Of a stretch of 64,000 nucleotides of DNA, positions 1 to 12,042 are shown piece after piece. The notes under the pieces were generated by a model, which did no database searches, was not told the DNA's origin, and saw nothing but the letters and a program-made list of their open reading frames with translations. The DNA lies in contig NC_091977.1 in assembly GCF_044704955.1 (NCBI RefSeq), positions 307,458,001 through 307,522,000 on the forward strand, given 5' to 3'. Position 1 is the first letter of the stretch. Each line of letters opens with the position of its first letter. The position numbers and the translations under genes were made by a program. This DNA is from Pristiophorus japonicus. Its lineage: Eukaryota.

Positions 1-1329
1 AAAGAAAAAAATGGGTGGCATTATTGATCAAAATACTGTTACAGCACTACAAAGGGATGACAAGGGTTCAATGACAGAAGCTATTTGGATTGAATGAAGG
101 AACATTAAAGCCGCTATATTATGGGTGTATACTATACACCACCAAATAGTGGGAAGGAAATAGAGAGACAAATTTTCAAACAAATTGCAGAAAGATGCAA
201 GAACTTTAGAGTAGTGATAATGGGGAACTTCAATCGTGCTAATATAGGCTGGGACAATATCATCGTAGGCAGTCCCTCGGGATCGAGGAAGACTTGCTTC
301 CACTCCTGAAGTGAGTTCTTTGGTGGCTGAACAGTCCAATGTGAGAGACACAGACTCTGTCATAGGTGGGACAGATAGTCGTTGAGGGAAGGGGTGGGTG
401 GGACTGGTTTGCCGCATGCTCCTTCCACTGTCTGCGCTTGATTTCTGCATGCTCTCGGCGTTGAGACTTGAGGTGCTCAGCACCCTCTCGGATGCACTTC
501 CTCCACTTAGGACGGTCTTGCGCCAGGGAGTCCCAGGTGTCAGTGGGGATGTTGCACTTTATCAGGGAGGCTTTGAGGGTGTCCTTGTAGCGTGTCTGCT
601 GCCCACCTTTGGCTCATTTGCCATGGAGGAGCTCCGAGAAAAGCACTTGCTTTGGGAGTCTCGTGTCTGGCATGCGGACTATGTAGCCTGCCCAGCAGAG
701 CTGATCGAATGTGGTCAGTAATAGTGTAAAAGGCAACGGGGGGAGGAATTCCTGAAATTGTGTGCAAGAGAACTTTCTTGGTTAGTATGTTTTCAGCCCA
801 ACGTGGAAGGAAGCAGTGCTGGATCTAGTTCTGGGGAATGAAGTGGGGCAAGTGGAACATGTTTCAGTGGAGGAGCATTTGGGGAACAGTGATGACAACA
901 TTATTAGGTTTAGAGCAGTTATGGAAAAGGACATCAAAAAATTAAATGTGAAAATATTCGACTGGAGGAGAGCTAATTTCAGCGAGGTTAAAAGGGATCT
1001 GGTCCAGGTAAATTGGAATCAAAGATTGGCAGGTAAAACAGTAAATGAGCAATGCAAGGTCTTCAAAGAGGAAATAGTTTGGATCCAGACTAGACACATT
1101 CCCACGAATGAAAGGGAAAGGAAGGGCATCCAAAGCTAGAGCTCCCTGCATGACTAAAGATATATAGATTACAATGAAACAAGAAAAGGAAGCTTATGAT
1201 AAATGTTGGGTTCATAATTCAGTAGAGAACCAAGCTGAATATAAAAAGTACAATGGAGTTTATGAGAATATATTAACGGGTAACATAAAAGGGAACCCAG
1301 AAGTCTTGTATAAATATATAGATAGTAGA
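1..1329 (+). mobile_element. CR1 LINE 'A', ORF2 endonuclease part (interrupted by an RTE); resumes at 10612
   Basis: GVYYTPPNS, VVIMGNFN and LDLVLGNE...HLGNSDDN AP-endonuclease motifs; frameshifted. Confidence 0.85.
259..718 (-). mobile_element. RTE-clade LINE, 5'-truncated 3' end
   Basis: Homologous to the other RTE copies here (taggcagtccctcgg...gaggaagacttgcttccact 3' UTR; C-terminal CPT...RIGL.SH zinc finger). Confidence 0.85.
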
Positions 1330-1745
1330 GGCAAGGCAGGGCATCTCGGTCCCACTTCTTGTGCCATGTGGGAACTCCAGGATGCTTCCTGTGTCCTGGA
1401 CAACCACATATTCAGAAATTCACATCAGCTGGAAAAGCTCAAGTTCCAGATTTCGGAGATTGAGCAGCAGCTAGCTTCACTGCGCTGCATCAGTGAGAAT
1501 GAGAGCTATGTGAATAGTGCTTTTCAGGAGGTGATCACCCAGCAGCATAAGAGTGTGCAGGCAGAGAGGGAATGGGTGACCACCAGACAGGAGGAAGACC
1601 AGCAGGAGGCCCCTGAATGCATCTCGATCTCCAGCCTGTAATACTGGTGAGGGCGATGGTTTCTCTGGGGACTGCAGCCAGAGCCAAGTCCATGGCACTA
1701 CGGGTGGCTCAGTTGTACGGGGAAGGGGGTGGGGGGGGGTGGCAG
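1330..1745 (+). mobile_element. CR1 LINE 'B', ORF1 N-terminal part; resumes at 9833
   Basis: SCAMWEL...EQQLASLR, homologous to the intact ORF1 at 63041. Confidence 0.75.
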
Positions 1746-1779
1746 AGTGGGTCGAGAGCAGGAAGGACAAGAAATAATG

Positions 1780-3076
1780 GAGGCTTGTAAGAAAGGAACG
1801 GCAATAATCATGGGTGATTTGAATCTTCATATTGATTGGACAAATCAAATTGGCAAGGTAGCCTTGAGGAAAAGTTCATAGAGTGTATCCGACATGGTTT
1901 CCTTGAACAGTATGTTGCAGAACCAACCAGGGACCAGGCTATCTTAGATCTGGTACTGTGCAATGAGACAGGATTAATAAATGATCTCCGAGTAAAGAAT
2001 CCTCTCGGAAAGAGTGATCATAGCATGGTTGAATTTCAAATACAATTGGAGGATGAGAACGTTGGATCTCAAACCACTGTCCTGATCTTAAATAAAGGAG
2101 ATTACAAAAGTATGAAGGCATAGTTGGCTAAAGTGGACTGGGGAAATAGATTAAAGTGTAACATGGTTGATAAGCTGTGGCTGACATTTGAGATATTTCA
2201 TAACTCTCAACAAAAATATATTCCAGTGAGAAAGAAAAACTTTAAGAAAAGGGAGAGCCATCCGTGGCTAACTAAGGAAGTAAAGGATCAAATTGAAAAC
2301 AGTGGCATACAAAGTGGCCAAAATTAGTGGGAGGCCAGAGGATTGGGAAACTTTTAAAAACCAGCAAAGGACGACTAAAAAAATAATAAAGAGAGGGAAG
2401 ATAGATTATGAGAGCAAACTAGCAAGGAATATAAAAACAGATAGTAAGAGTTTCTATAAAAAGGAAGAGAGTAGCTAAAGTAAATGTTGGTCCCTTAGAA
2501 GATGAGACTGGGGAATTAATAATGGGAAACCGGGAAATGGCAGAGATTTTGAACAAATATTTTGTATCGGTCTTCAAGGTAGAAGACAATAAAAACATCC
2601 CAATAATGGATAATCAAGGGGCTACAGGGAGGGAGGAACTTAAAACAATCACTATCACTAAAGAAAAAGTACTTGGTAAACTACTGGGACTAAAGGTGGA
2701 CAAGTCCCCTGGACCTGATGGCTTGCATCCTAGGGTTTTAAAAGAAGTGGCTGCAGAGATAGTGGATGCATTGGTTGTAATCTACCAAAATTCCCTGGAT
2801 TCTGGGGAGGTCCCAGCGAATTGGAAAACCGCAAATGTAACGCCCTTATTTAAAAAAGGAGGCAGACAGAAAGCAGGAAAGTATAGACCAGTTAGCCTAA
2901 CATCTGTTGTTGGGAAAATGCTGGAGTTCATTATTAAGGAAGTAGTAGCAGGAAAAGCATAATACAGTTAAGCAGAGTCAGCATGGTTTTATGAAAGGGA
3001 AATCATGTTTGACAAATTTGCTGGTGTTCTTTGAGAATATAATGAGCAGGGTAGATAAAGGGAAGCCAGTAGATAT
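1780..3076 (+). mobile_element. CR1 LINE 'C', ORF2 part 1 (resumes at 6457 and 9321)
   Basis: ILDLVLCNE, KSPGPDGLHPRVLKE, WKTANVTPLFKKG, RPVSLTS, KGKSCLTNL; collinear with the CR1 at 32500-34620. Confidence 0.92.
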
Positions 3077-3088
3077 CATAGAAACTAT

Positions 3089-4459
3089 GGGCCCAAGTTT
3101 CCACATGATAAAAAATGGGCGTCCCTCCGAGCTGGGCGCCCGTTTTTCGCGCCTAAAACGGCGCCGGAAAAAAAACTCGCGATTCTGGAGCGCTTTGCAG
3201 CTCCTTGTCTGTTTGACGCGGCGCCCAGGGGGGCGGAGCCTACACTCGCGCCGATTTTATAAGTGGGAGGGGGCAGGTACCATTTAAATTAGTTTTTTTC
3301 CTGCTGGCAACGCTGCGCGTGCATGTTGAAGCGTTCGCGCACGCGCAGTGTGAAGGAAACATTGGCACTCGGCTATTTTTGTAGTTCTTTGTAGCTGTTT
3401 AATTTGTGAACATTTTTTAATAAAAGCACATTGCCATCAGCACTGAGGCTTCTTGCAGCCTTCTCACTGTCTCCTTCCCCCCTCCCGCGGGAAAGAACGG
3501 GTGCCTCCTCCCTCCCCCGCGGGAACGAACGAGCGCCTCCTGCTCCCCCCCCCCCCCCCCCGCGGGAACGAACGGGCGCCCCCTCCCCCCCCGCGGGAAC
3601 GAACGGGCGCCTCCTACCCCCCCCGCGGGAACGAACGGGTGCCTCCTTCCCCACCCCCCCCTGCTGGAACGAACGGGCGCCTCCTCCCCCCTCCCCACCC
3701 CCTCCCCGCGGGAACGAACGGGCGCCTCCTCCCCCCCCCCCCCCCCTTGCGGGAACGAAGGGGCGCCTCCTCTCTTTCCCCCCCCCCCCCCCCCGCGGGA
3801 AAGAATGGGCGCCTCCTCCCCCCCTCCCGCGGGAACAAATGAGCGCCTCCTCCCCCCCCCCCCCCCCTGCGGGAACGAACAGGCACCTCCTCCCCCCCCC
3901 CCCCCCGCGGGAACGAACGGGCGCCTCCTCCCCCCCGCCGCGGGAACGAACGGGCGCCTCAACTTGTGAGGCTGACTGCAGCATTCTCCGTGGCTGAAGC
4001 ACTTTCACACTGGTAGGAAGATGGTTTATTTAATCTTTTCTTTGCTTATAAATGTTTATTTAGTTTGGATTTATTTGTATAATATTTGTAGAAGTATAAA
4101 TAAGGATTTATTGTAGAATTTAATGAGTTCCCCCCCCCCCCCACCTCGTTCTGGGCGCCTAATTTGTAACCTGCGCCTGATTTTTTAATGTGTAGAACAG
4201 GTTTTTTCAGTTCTACAAAAATCTTCACTTGCTCCATTCTAAGTTAGTTTGGAGTACGTTTTCACTGTGGAAACTTTGAAATCAGGCGTCAGTGGCCGGA
4301 CACACCCCCTTTTGAAGAAAAAATTCTGTTCCAAAGTAGAACTGTTCTACCTGACTAGAACTGCAGAAAGAAAAATGTGGAGAATTGCGATTTCTAAGAT
4401 AGTCTGTTCTCCACCAGTTGCTCCTAAAAATCAGGTGCAAATCATGTGGAAACGGGCCC
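3089..4459. mobile_element. Non-autonomous TIR element (Harbinger-type MITE) inserted in a CR1 (catagaaa)n tail
   Basis: TIRs GGGCCCAAGTTTCCACATGAT and ATCATGTGGAAAC--GGGCCC; flanks are tat and ata, so the TSD is imperfect. Confidence 0.75.
3478..3960. repeat. GC-rich minisatellite, about 13 copies of CGCGGGAACGAACGGGCGCCTCCT plus variable poly-C
   Basis: Directly visible tandem units of about 30-45 bp; length varies only in the C-runs. Confidence 0.95.
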
Positions 4460-4769
4460 ATAGAAACATAGAAAATAGGTGCAGGAGTGTAGGCCATTCG
4501 GCCCTTCGAGCCTGCACCGCCATTCAATGAGTTCATGGCTGAACATGCAACTTCAGTACCCCATTCCTGCTTTCTCCTCCTAGTAGTAAGGACTACATCT
4601 AACTCCTTTTTGAATATATTTAGTGAATTGGCCTCAACAACTTTCTGTGGTAGAGAATTCCACAGGTTCACCACTCTCTGGGTGAAGAAGTTTCTCCTCA
4701 TCTCGGTCCTAAATGGCTTACCCCTTATCCTTAGACTGTGACCCCTGGTTCTGGACTTCCCCAACATTA
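4460..4769 (-). mobile_element. CR1 3' fragment
   Basis: RTRGHSLRI...RRNFFTQRVVNLWNSLP C-terminus plus (catagaaa)n tail. Confidence 0.88.
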
Positions 4770-4770
4770 A

Positions 4771-5657
4771 TAAGAACATAAGAACATAAGAATTAGGAAC
4801 AGGAGAAGGCCATCTAGCCCCTCGAGCCTGCTCCGCCATTCAAGATCATGGCTGATCTGGCCGTGGACTCAGCTCCACTTATCCGCCTGCTCCCCGTAAC
4901 CCTTAATTCCCTTATTGGTTAAAAATCTATCTATCTGTGATTTGAATACATTCAATGAGCTAGCCTCAACTGCTTCCTTGGGCAGAGAATTCCACAGATT
5001 CACAACCCTCTGGGAGAAGAAATTCCTTCTCAACTCGGTTTTAATTTTACTCCCCCGTATTTTGAGGCTGTGTCCCCTAGTTCTAGTCTCCCCGGCCAGT
5101 GGAAACAACCTCTCTGCCTCTATCCTGTCTATCCCTTTCATTATTTTAAATGTTTCTATAAGATCACCCCTCATCCTTCTGAACTCCAACGAGTAAAGAC
5201 CCAGTCTACTCAATCTATCATCTCCGGAATCAGCCTATTGAATCGTCTCTGTACCCCCTCCAAAGCTAGTATATCCTTCCTTAAGTAAGGTGACCAACAC
5301 TGCACGCAGTACTCCAGGTGCGGCCTCACCAATACCCTATACAGTTGCAGCAGGACCTCCCTGCTTTTGTACTCCATCCCTTTCGCAATGAAGGCCAACA
5401 TTCCATTCGCCTTCCTGATTACCTGCTGCACCTGCAAACTAACTTTTTGGTATTCATGCACAAGGACCCCCAGGTCCCTCTGCACTGCAGCATGTTGTAA
5501 TTTCTCCCCATTCAAATAATATTCCCTTTTACTGTTTTTTTTCCCAAGGTGGATGACCTCACATTTTCCGACATTGTATTCCATCTGCCAAACCTTAGCC
5601 CATTCGCTTAACCTATCTAAATCTCTTTGCAGCCTCTCGGTCTCCTCTACACAACCC
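4771..5657 (-). mobile_element. CR1, young 5'-truncated copy
   Basis: LQRDLDRLSEWAKVWQMEYN...RPHLEYCVQ...; (aagaacat)n tail; near-identical to the copies at 15873 and 25330. Confidence 0.92.
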
Positions 5658-6456
5658 ACCGTCACGGTGCTTGGATGTGGTGGGATTTGTTTTTGATGCA
5701 ATATATATATAATTGAATGTCTCCATTTCACTACGCCACAGTGAAGAATAGAACGAATACCAAATCCCCCACCCTCCCCCTCAAATATTCCAGTCATGAC
5801 AAAACTGACATGTTTGTCACATCACACAACAGGGCAAGCATGAACACTGAAACAATTCTGGGGTGTTGAGAAAGAGATGAGAAGCAAGGACAAATTATAT
5901 ACCAAAAATTTAATTTGAATACAATAACTAATGAGGCCAAAGAAATTTGGAAAAGGTGCACATAGAGACAGTACAAATGGCATAAAATGTGCAGCAAAAC
6001 ACTACACATTAGCTGCTGCCTTTCTAAACACAGGATTACCCACAATCGCCAACTGCTCTTTTATACGGATTTATATAACTTAGGAAAAACAGAAAGCCAA
6101 CACCAGTTGCGGTTTTGTACAAATTGGGGTTTTACTCTCCCAAAACAGAAATCCAATACGTCAAACATTTGTCAGAAACTACAATAGAAAGGTGGATTCC
6201 TGTGCACAATACTTACAATAAAGGTACCAATTACATTTTACCTGATTTGACTCCATTATTCCCCCCCTCCTTCACGTTAAAAAGCTATTTTTTTCTACAT
6301 TTTACATGAACTCTGAGCAAGATCGTAGGATAACATAGGATATACAGCACAGAAACAGGCCATTTGGCCCAACTAGTCCATGCTGAGATGAGAAGAAACT
6401 TCTTCACTCAGAGAGCTGTTAACCTGTGGAATTCCCGGCCATTTGGATTTGATAAG

Positions 6457-7145
6457 GTGTATTTGGATTTGGATTTGGATTTCCGGAAGGCATTTGATAA
6501 GGTGCCACACAAAAGGCTGCTGTGCAAGATAAAAGTTCGCAGGGTTGTGCGAAATATATTAGCATGGATAGAGGATTGGCTAACTAACAGAAAACAGAGA
6601 CTCGGGATAAATGGATCATTTTCAGGTTGGCAAACAGTAACTAGTGGGGTGCCACAGGGATCGGTGCTGGAGCCTCAACTATTTACAATCTATTAATGAC
6701 TTGGATGAACGAACCAAGTATAATGTAGCCAAGTTTGCTGATAGAAAGATGGGTGAGAAAGCAAGTTGTGAGGAGGACACAACAAATCTGCAAAGGGATC
6801 TAGACAGGCTAAGTAAGTAGGCAAACATTTGGCAGATGGAGTATAATATGGGAAAATGTGAGGTTATCCACTTTGGCAGGCAAAATACAAAAGCAAATTA
6901 TTATTTGAATGGAGAGAAATTACAAAATGCTGCAGTACAGAGGGATCTGGGGGTCCTTGTGCATGAAACACCAAATGTTTGTATGCAGGATTAGCAAGTA
7001 ATCAGGAAGGCAAATGGAATGTTAGCCTTTATTGCAAAGGGATTGGAGTATAAAGGCAGAGAAGTCCTGCTACAACTGTACAGGGTGTTGGTGAGGCCAC
7101 ACCTAGAATACTGCAGACAGTTTGGTCTCCTTATTTAAGGAGGAA
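6457..7145 (+). mobile_element. CR1 'C' part 2 (RT domain)
   Basis: DFRKAFDKVPHKRL, VTSGVPQGSVL; continues exactly from the break at 3076. Confidence 0.9.
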
Positions 7146-7361
7146 TAGAAACATAGAAAATAGGTGCAGGAGCAGGCCATTCAGCCCTTCAAGCCTTTAT
7201 TGCAAAGGGATTGGAGTATAAAGGCAGAGAAGTCCTGCTACAACTGTACAGGGTGTTGGTGAGGCCACACCTAGAATACTGTAGACAGTTTTGGTCTCCT
7301 TATTTAAGGAGGAATAGAAACATAGAAAATAGGTGCAGGAACAGGCCATTCAGCCCTTCAA
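7025..7361 (+). repeat. Tandem duplication, 2 x about 168 bp
   Basis: 7025-7192 is nearly identical to 7193-7361, with AGCCT microhomology at the joint. Confidence 0.93.
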
Positions 7362-9320
7362 GCCTGCACCACCATTCAATATAATCATGGCTGATCATGC
7401 AACTTCAGTACCACATTCCTGTTTTCTCTCCATACCCCTTGATCCCTTTAGCCACAAGGGCCACATCTAACTCCCTTTTGAATATATCTAACGAACTGGC
7501 CTCAACAACTTTCTGTGGTAGAGAATTTTACAGGTTCACAATTCTGTGAGTGAAGAAGTTTCTCCTCATCTCGGTCCTAAATGGCTTACCCCTTATCCTT
7601 AGACTGTGACCCCTGATTCTGCACTTCCCCAACATCGGGAACATTCATCCTATATCTAACCTGTCCAATCCCGTCAGAATTTTATATGTTTCTATGAGAA
7701 CCCCTCTCATTCTTCTAAATTCCAGTGAATATAAGCCTAGTCGATCCAGTCTTTCTTCATATGTCAGTCCTGCCATCCGGGAATCAGTCTGGTGAACTTT
7801 CGCTGCACTCCCTCAATAGCAAGAATGTCCTTCCTCAGATTAGGAGACCAAAACTGTACACAATATTCAAGGTGTGGCCTCACCAAGGCCCTGTACAACT
7901 GCAGTAAGACCTCCTTGCTCCTATACTCAAATCCTCTCGCTATGAAGGCCAACATGCCATTTGCCTTCTTCACCACCTGTTGTACCTGCATGCCAACTTT
8001 CAATGACTGATGTACCATGACACCCAGGTCTCGTTGCACCTCCCCTTTTACTAATCTGTCACCATTCAGATAATATTCTGCCTTCCTGTTTTTGCCACCA
8101 AAGTGGATAACCTCACATTTATCTACATTATACTGCATCTGCCATGCATTTGCCCACTCACCTAACCTGTCCAAGTCACCCAGCAGCCTCTTAGCATCCT
8201 CCTCACAGCTCACACTGCCATCCAGCTTAGTGTCATCTGCAAATTTGGAGATATTACATTCAATTCCTTCGTCTAAATCATTATGTATATTGTAAATAGC
8301 TGGGGTCCCAGCACTGAACCTTGCGGTACCCCACTAGTCACTGCCTGCCATTCTGAAAAGGACGCGTTTATTCCCACTCTTTGCTTCCTATCTGCCCACC
8401 AGTTCTCTACCCACGTCAATACATTACCCCCAATACCATGTGCTTTAATTTTGCACACTAATCTCTTGTGTGGGGCCTTTTGAAAATCCAAATACACCAT
8501 ATCCACTGGTTCTCCCTTGTCCACTCTACTAGTTCCATCCTCAAAAAATTCTAGAAGACTTGTCAAGCATGATTTCCCTTTCATAAATCCATGCTGACTT
8601 GGAACGATCCTGTCACTGCTTTCCAAATGCGCTGCTATTCCATCTTTAATAATAATTGATTCCAACATTTTCCCCACTACTGATGTCAGGCTAACCGGTC
8701 TATAATTCCCTGTTTTTTCTCCCTCTTTTAAAAAGTGGGGTTACATTAGCTACCCTCCAATCCATCGGAACTGATCCAGAGTCTATAGAATGTTGGAAAA
8801 TGACCACCATTTCTAGGGCCACTTCCTTAAGTACTCTGGGATGCAGACCATCAGGCCCTGGGGATTTATTGGCCTTCAATCCCATCAATTTCCCTATCAC
8901 AATTTCCTGACTAATAAGGATTTCCTTCATTTCCTCCTTCTTGCTAGACCCTCGGTCCCCTAGTATTTCCAGAAGGTTATTTGTGTCTTCCTTAGTGAAG
9001 ACAGAACCAAGGTATTTGTTCAGTTGGTCTGCAATTTCTTTGTTCCCTATTATAAAATTCTACTGATTTTGACTGCAAGGGCCCTACATTTATCTTCACT
9101 AATCTTTTTCTCTTCACATATCTATGGAAGCTTTTGCAGTCAGTTTTTATGTCCCCTGCAAGCTTACTCTCATACGCTGTTTTCCCCCTCCTAATTAAAC
9201 CGTTTGTCCGCCTCTGCTGAATTCTAAATTTCTCCCAGTCCTCAGATTTGCTGCTTTTTCTGTCCAATTTATATGCCTCTTCCTTGGATTTAACACTGTC
9301 CCTAATTTCCCTTGTTAGCC
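7316..9320 (-). mobile_element. CR1, 5'-truncated, nested in CR1 'C'
   Basis: Minus-strand ORFs 7764-9267 carry CR1 RT motifs; tail at the left end. Confidence 0.92.
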
Positions 9321-9832
9321 TTGCATTGGAGGCAGTTCAGAGAAGGTTCACTAGGTTGATTCCTGAGATGAAGGGGTTGACTTATGAAGAAAGGTTGAGT
9401 AGGTTGGGCTTAGACTCATTGGAGTTTAGAAGAATGAGACGTGATCTTATCGAAACATATAAGATACTGAGGGGGCTCGAGAAGGTAGATGCAGACAGGA
9501 TGTTTCTCCTCGTGGGGAATTCTAAAACTAGGGGGCATAGTTTCAGAATAAGGGTCGCCCATTTAAAACTGAGATGAGAAGGAATTTCTTCTCTCGGAGG
9601 GTTGTAAATTTGTGGAATTCTCTGCCCCAGAGAGCTGTGGAGACTGGGTCATTGAATATATTTAAGGTGGAGATATACAGATTTTTGAGCGAAAAGGGAG
9701 TGAAGGATTATAGGGAGTGGGCAGGGAAGTGGAGCTGAGCTCAAGATCAGATCAGCCATGATCTTATTGAATGGCGGAGCAAGCTCGAGGGGCCAAATGG
9801 CCTGCTCCTGCTCCTATTTCATATGTTGTTAT
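9321..9832 (+). mobile_element. CR1 'C' part 3 (3' end)
   Basis: LALEAVQRRFTRLIPEM continues the ...SPYLR break at 7145; 3' UTR present. Confidence 0.88.
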
Positions 9833-10611
9833 GAAACAGATAGTGATAGGAGTTTCAATAGTTTAGGAAACAGAATGGCGTTTCTGCAGCTACAGACACA
9901 ATTCCAGGATGGTATGTTGCCTCCCTGGTGCGAGGGTCAAGGATATTACTGAGTGGCTTCAGATCATTCTGAGGGGAGAGGGTGAACAGCCAGAGGTTGT
10001 GATCCATATCAGTATCAATGACACAGGTCGAAAGAGGGATGAGGTCCTGCAGGCAGATTTTAGGGAGCAAGGAAAAATATTAAAAAACAGGAACTCAAAG
10101 GTAGTAATCTCCAGATTACTCCCAGTGCCACGAGCTAGTGAGTATAGAAATGGGAGAATAGAGCAGATGAATTCATGGCTGGAGCGATGGTGCAGGTGGG
10201 AGGGCTTTAGATTCCTTGGATATTGGGACTGGTTCTGGGGGAGATGGGACCTGTTTGATAGAGGTGTTGAAAATCATGAGGGGTCTAGACAGAGTAGATA
10301 GAGATAAACTGTTCCCATTGGCAGAAGGGTCGAGAACCAGAGGACACGGATTTAAGGTGATTGGCAGAAGAACCAAAGGCAACAGGAGGAATTTTTTTTT
10401 ACATAGCGAGTGGTTAGGATCTGGAATTCACTGCCTGAAAGGGTGGTGGAGGCAGATTCAATTGTGGCTTTCAAAAGGGAATTGGATAAGTACCTGAAGG
10501 AAAATAACTTTACAGGGCTACAGGAAATGGTGGGGGAGTGGGACTAGAGAGCCGGCACAGGCTCGATAGGCCGAATGGCCTCCCTCTGTGCTGTAACCAT
10601 TCTATGATTCT
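9833..10611 (+). mobile_element. CR1 'B' remainder: ORF1 esterase domain joined directly to an ORF2 3' end
   Basis: MVCCLPGARVKD...VVIHISINDT...LLPVPRAS, then an abrupt switch near 10250 to EVLKIMRGLDRVD and the 3' UTR. Confidence 0.8.
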
Positions 10612-10702
10612 AAAAGGTAATCAAAGGAAGGGTGGAGCCGATTAGATACCAAAAAGGAGATATTCTTATGGAGACAGTGGCATGGCTGAGATATTAAATG
10701 AG

Positions 10703-10977
10703 TCATCCATCATCATCATAAGCATCCCTCGAGGAAAACTGGCTTCCATTCTTAGAATGAGTCCTTAGGTGGCTGAACAGTCCAATACGAGAGTCACAGT
10801 CCCAGCCACAGGTGGGACAGACAGTTGTTGAGGGTAAGGGATGGTGAGACAGGTTTGCCGCGCGTTTCTTCCGCTGCCTGCGCTTGTTTTCTGCATGCTC
10901 TCGGCGATGAGACGTGAGGCGCTCAGCGCCCTCCCGGATGCACTTCCTCCACTCAGGGCGGTCTTTGGCCAGGGTCT
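10703..10977 (-). mobile_element. RTE 3' fragment
   Basis: CPTCGWDCDSRIGLFSHLRTH zinc finger; (cat)n tail. Confidence 0.87.
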
Positions 10978-11747
10978 CACTAAATGAGTACTTTGCACCT
11001 GTCGTCATTAAAGAAGAGGATGCCGCCAATGTCACATTAAAGGAGGAGGTAGTGGAGAAATTAGATAGAAAAAAATAGATAAAGAAAATAGAAAAGGTTG
11101 GTAGCGCTCAAAGTAAAAAAGTCACCCGGTACGGATGGGAAGCATCTTAGGTTGCTGAGGGAAATAAGAATGGAAATTGTTGAGTCCCTGGCTGCAATCT
11201 TCTAATCCTCCTTAGATATGAGAGTGATGCCAGAGCATTGGAGGATTGCAAATGTTACACTCTTGTTCAAAAAAGGAAGGGGATAAACCCAGCAATTACA
11301 GGCCAGTCAGCCTAAAGTTGGTAGTGGGGAAACCTTTAGAGACATTAATCCGGGACAAAATTAATTGGTACTTAGAAAAATATGGGTTAATAAATGAAAT
11401 CCTGTTTGATTAACTTGATTGAGTGCTTTGATGAAGTAACGGAGAGGGTGGATGAGGGTAATGCGTTGATGTGTATATAAAATTTCAAAAGGCGTTTGTT
11501 AAAGTACCACATATAGATTTTCTAGCAAAATTGAAGCCCATGGGGTTAAAGGGCCAGTGGCTGCATGGTTACAAAACTGGTTACGGACAGAAAGCAGAAG
11601 GTAAAGGTCGATGTTGGGATCACTGCTCTTTTTGATATATATTAATGACCTGGACTCGGGTATACAGGACATAATTTCAAAGTTAGCAGATGAGACAAAA
11701 CTTGAGAATGTAGTTAACAGGTGAAGGATAGTTACAGCCTTCAGCAG

Positions 11748-12042
11748 TGTCATGTATCCAAACATGTTTACTGCTTGTACTATTACATATGATGTGCCAC
11801 CAGAGGGCACTACTATGGGAAACTTGTACACCAGTTGTATGATCATGAAGGAGTGCCGTCAGAGGGCACTGCAGTGGGAGACTTGAAGGTTACCTGTACA
11901 GGTGTGCCAGGCCCAGTATAAAAGACAGGCCACCATGTGTGATCCTCACCTTGGAGTTACATTAGATGGACTAAGGTCACTACAGTTCAAGTACAATACA
12001 TTGCCTCGTGGAGTCATTATCAGAGCATCTAAAGACATAACA
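11748..12042 (+). mobile_element. Solo LTR, 295 bp (Gypsy/Mag-like)
   Basis: TGTCATGTA...GACATAACA termini, perfect 5-bp TSD AGCAG, internal TATAAAA; termini resemble the LTR at 59628. Confidence 0.88.

Noticed and set aside
3373-4008. Pro/Gly/Arg-rich ORFs in five frames, and a superficially CRISPR-like repeat
   Set aside because: The ORFs are artefacts of a stop-poor GC minisatellite. The 'spacers' are just poly-C, there are no cas genes, and the context is eukaryotic.
5210-5797. 195-aa ORF with a novel N-terminus fused to CR1 RT
   Set aside because: Chance read-through from flanking sequence into a 5'-truncated CR1; the catalytic RT core is missing.
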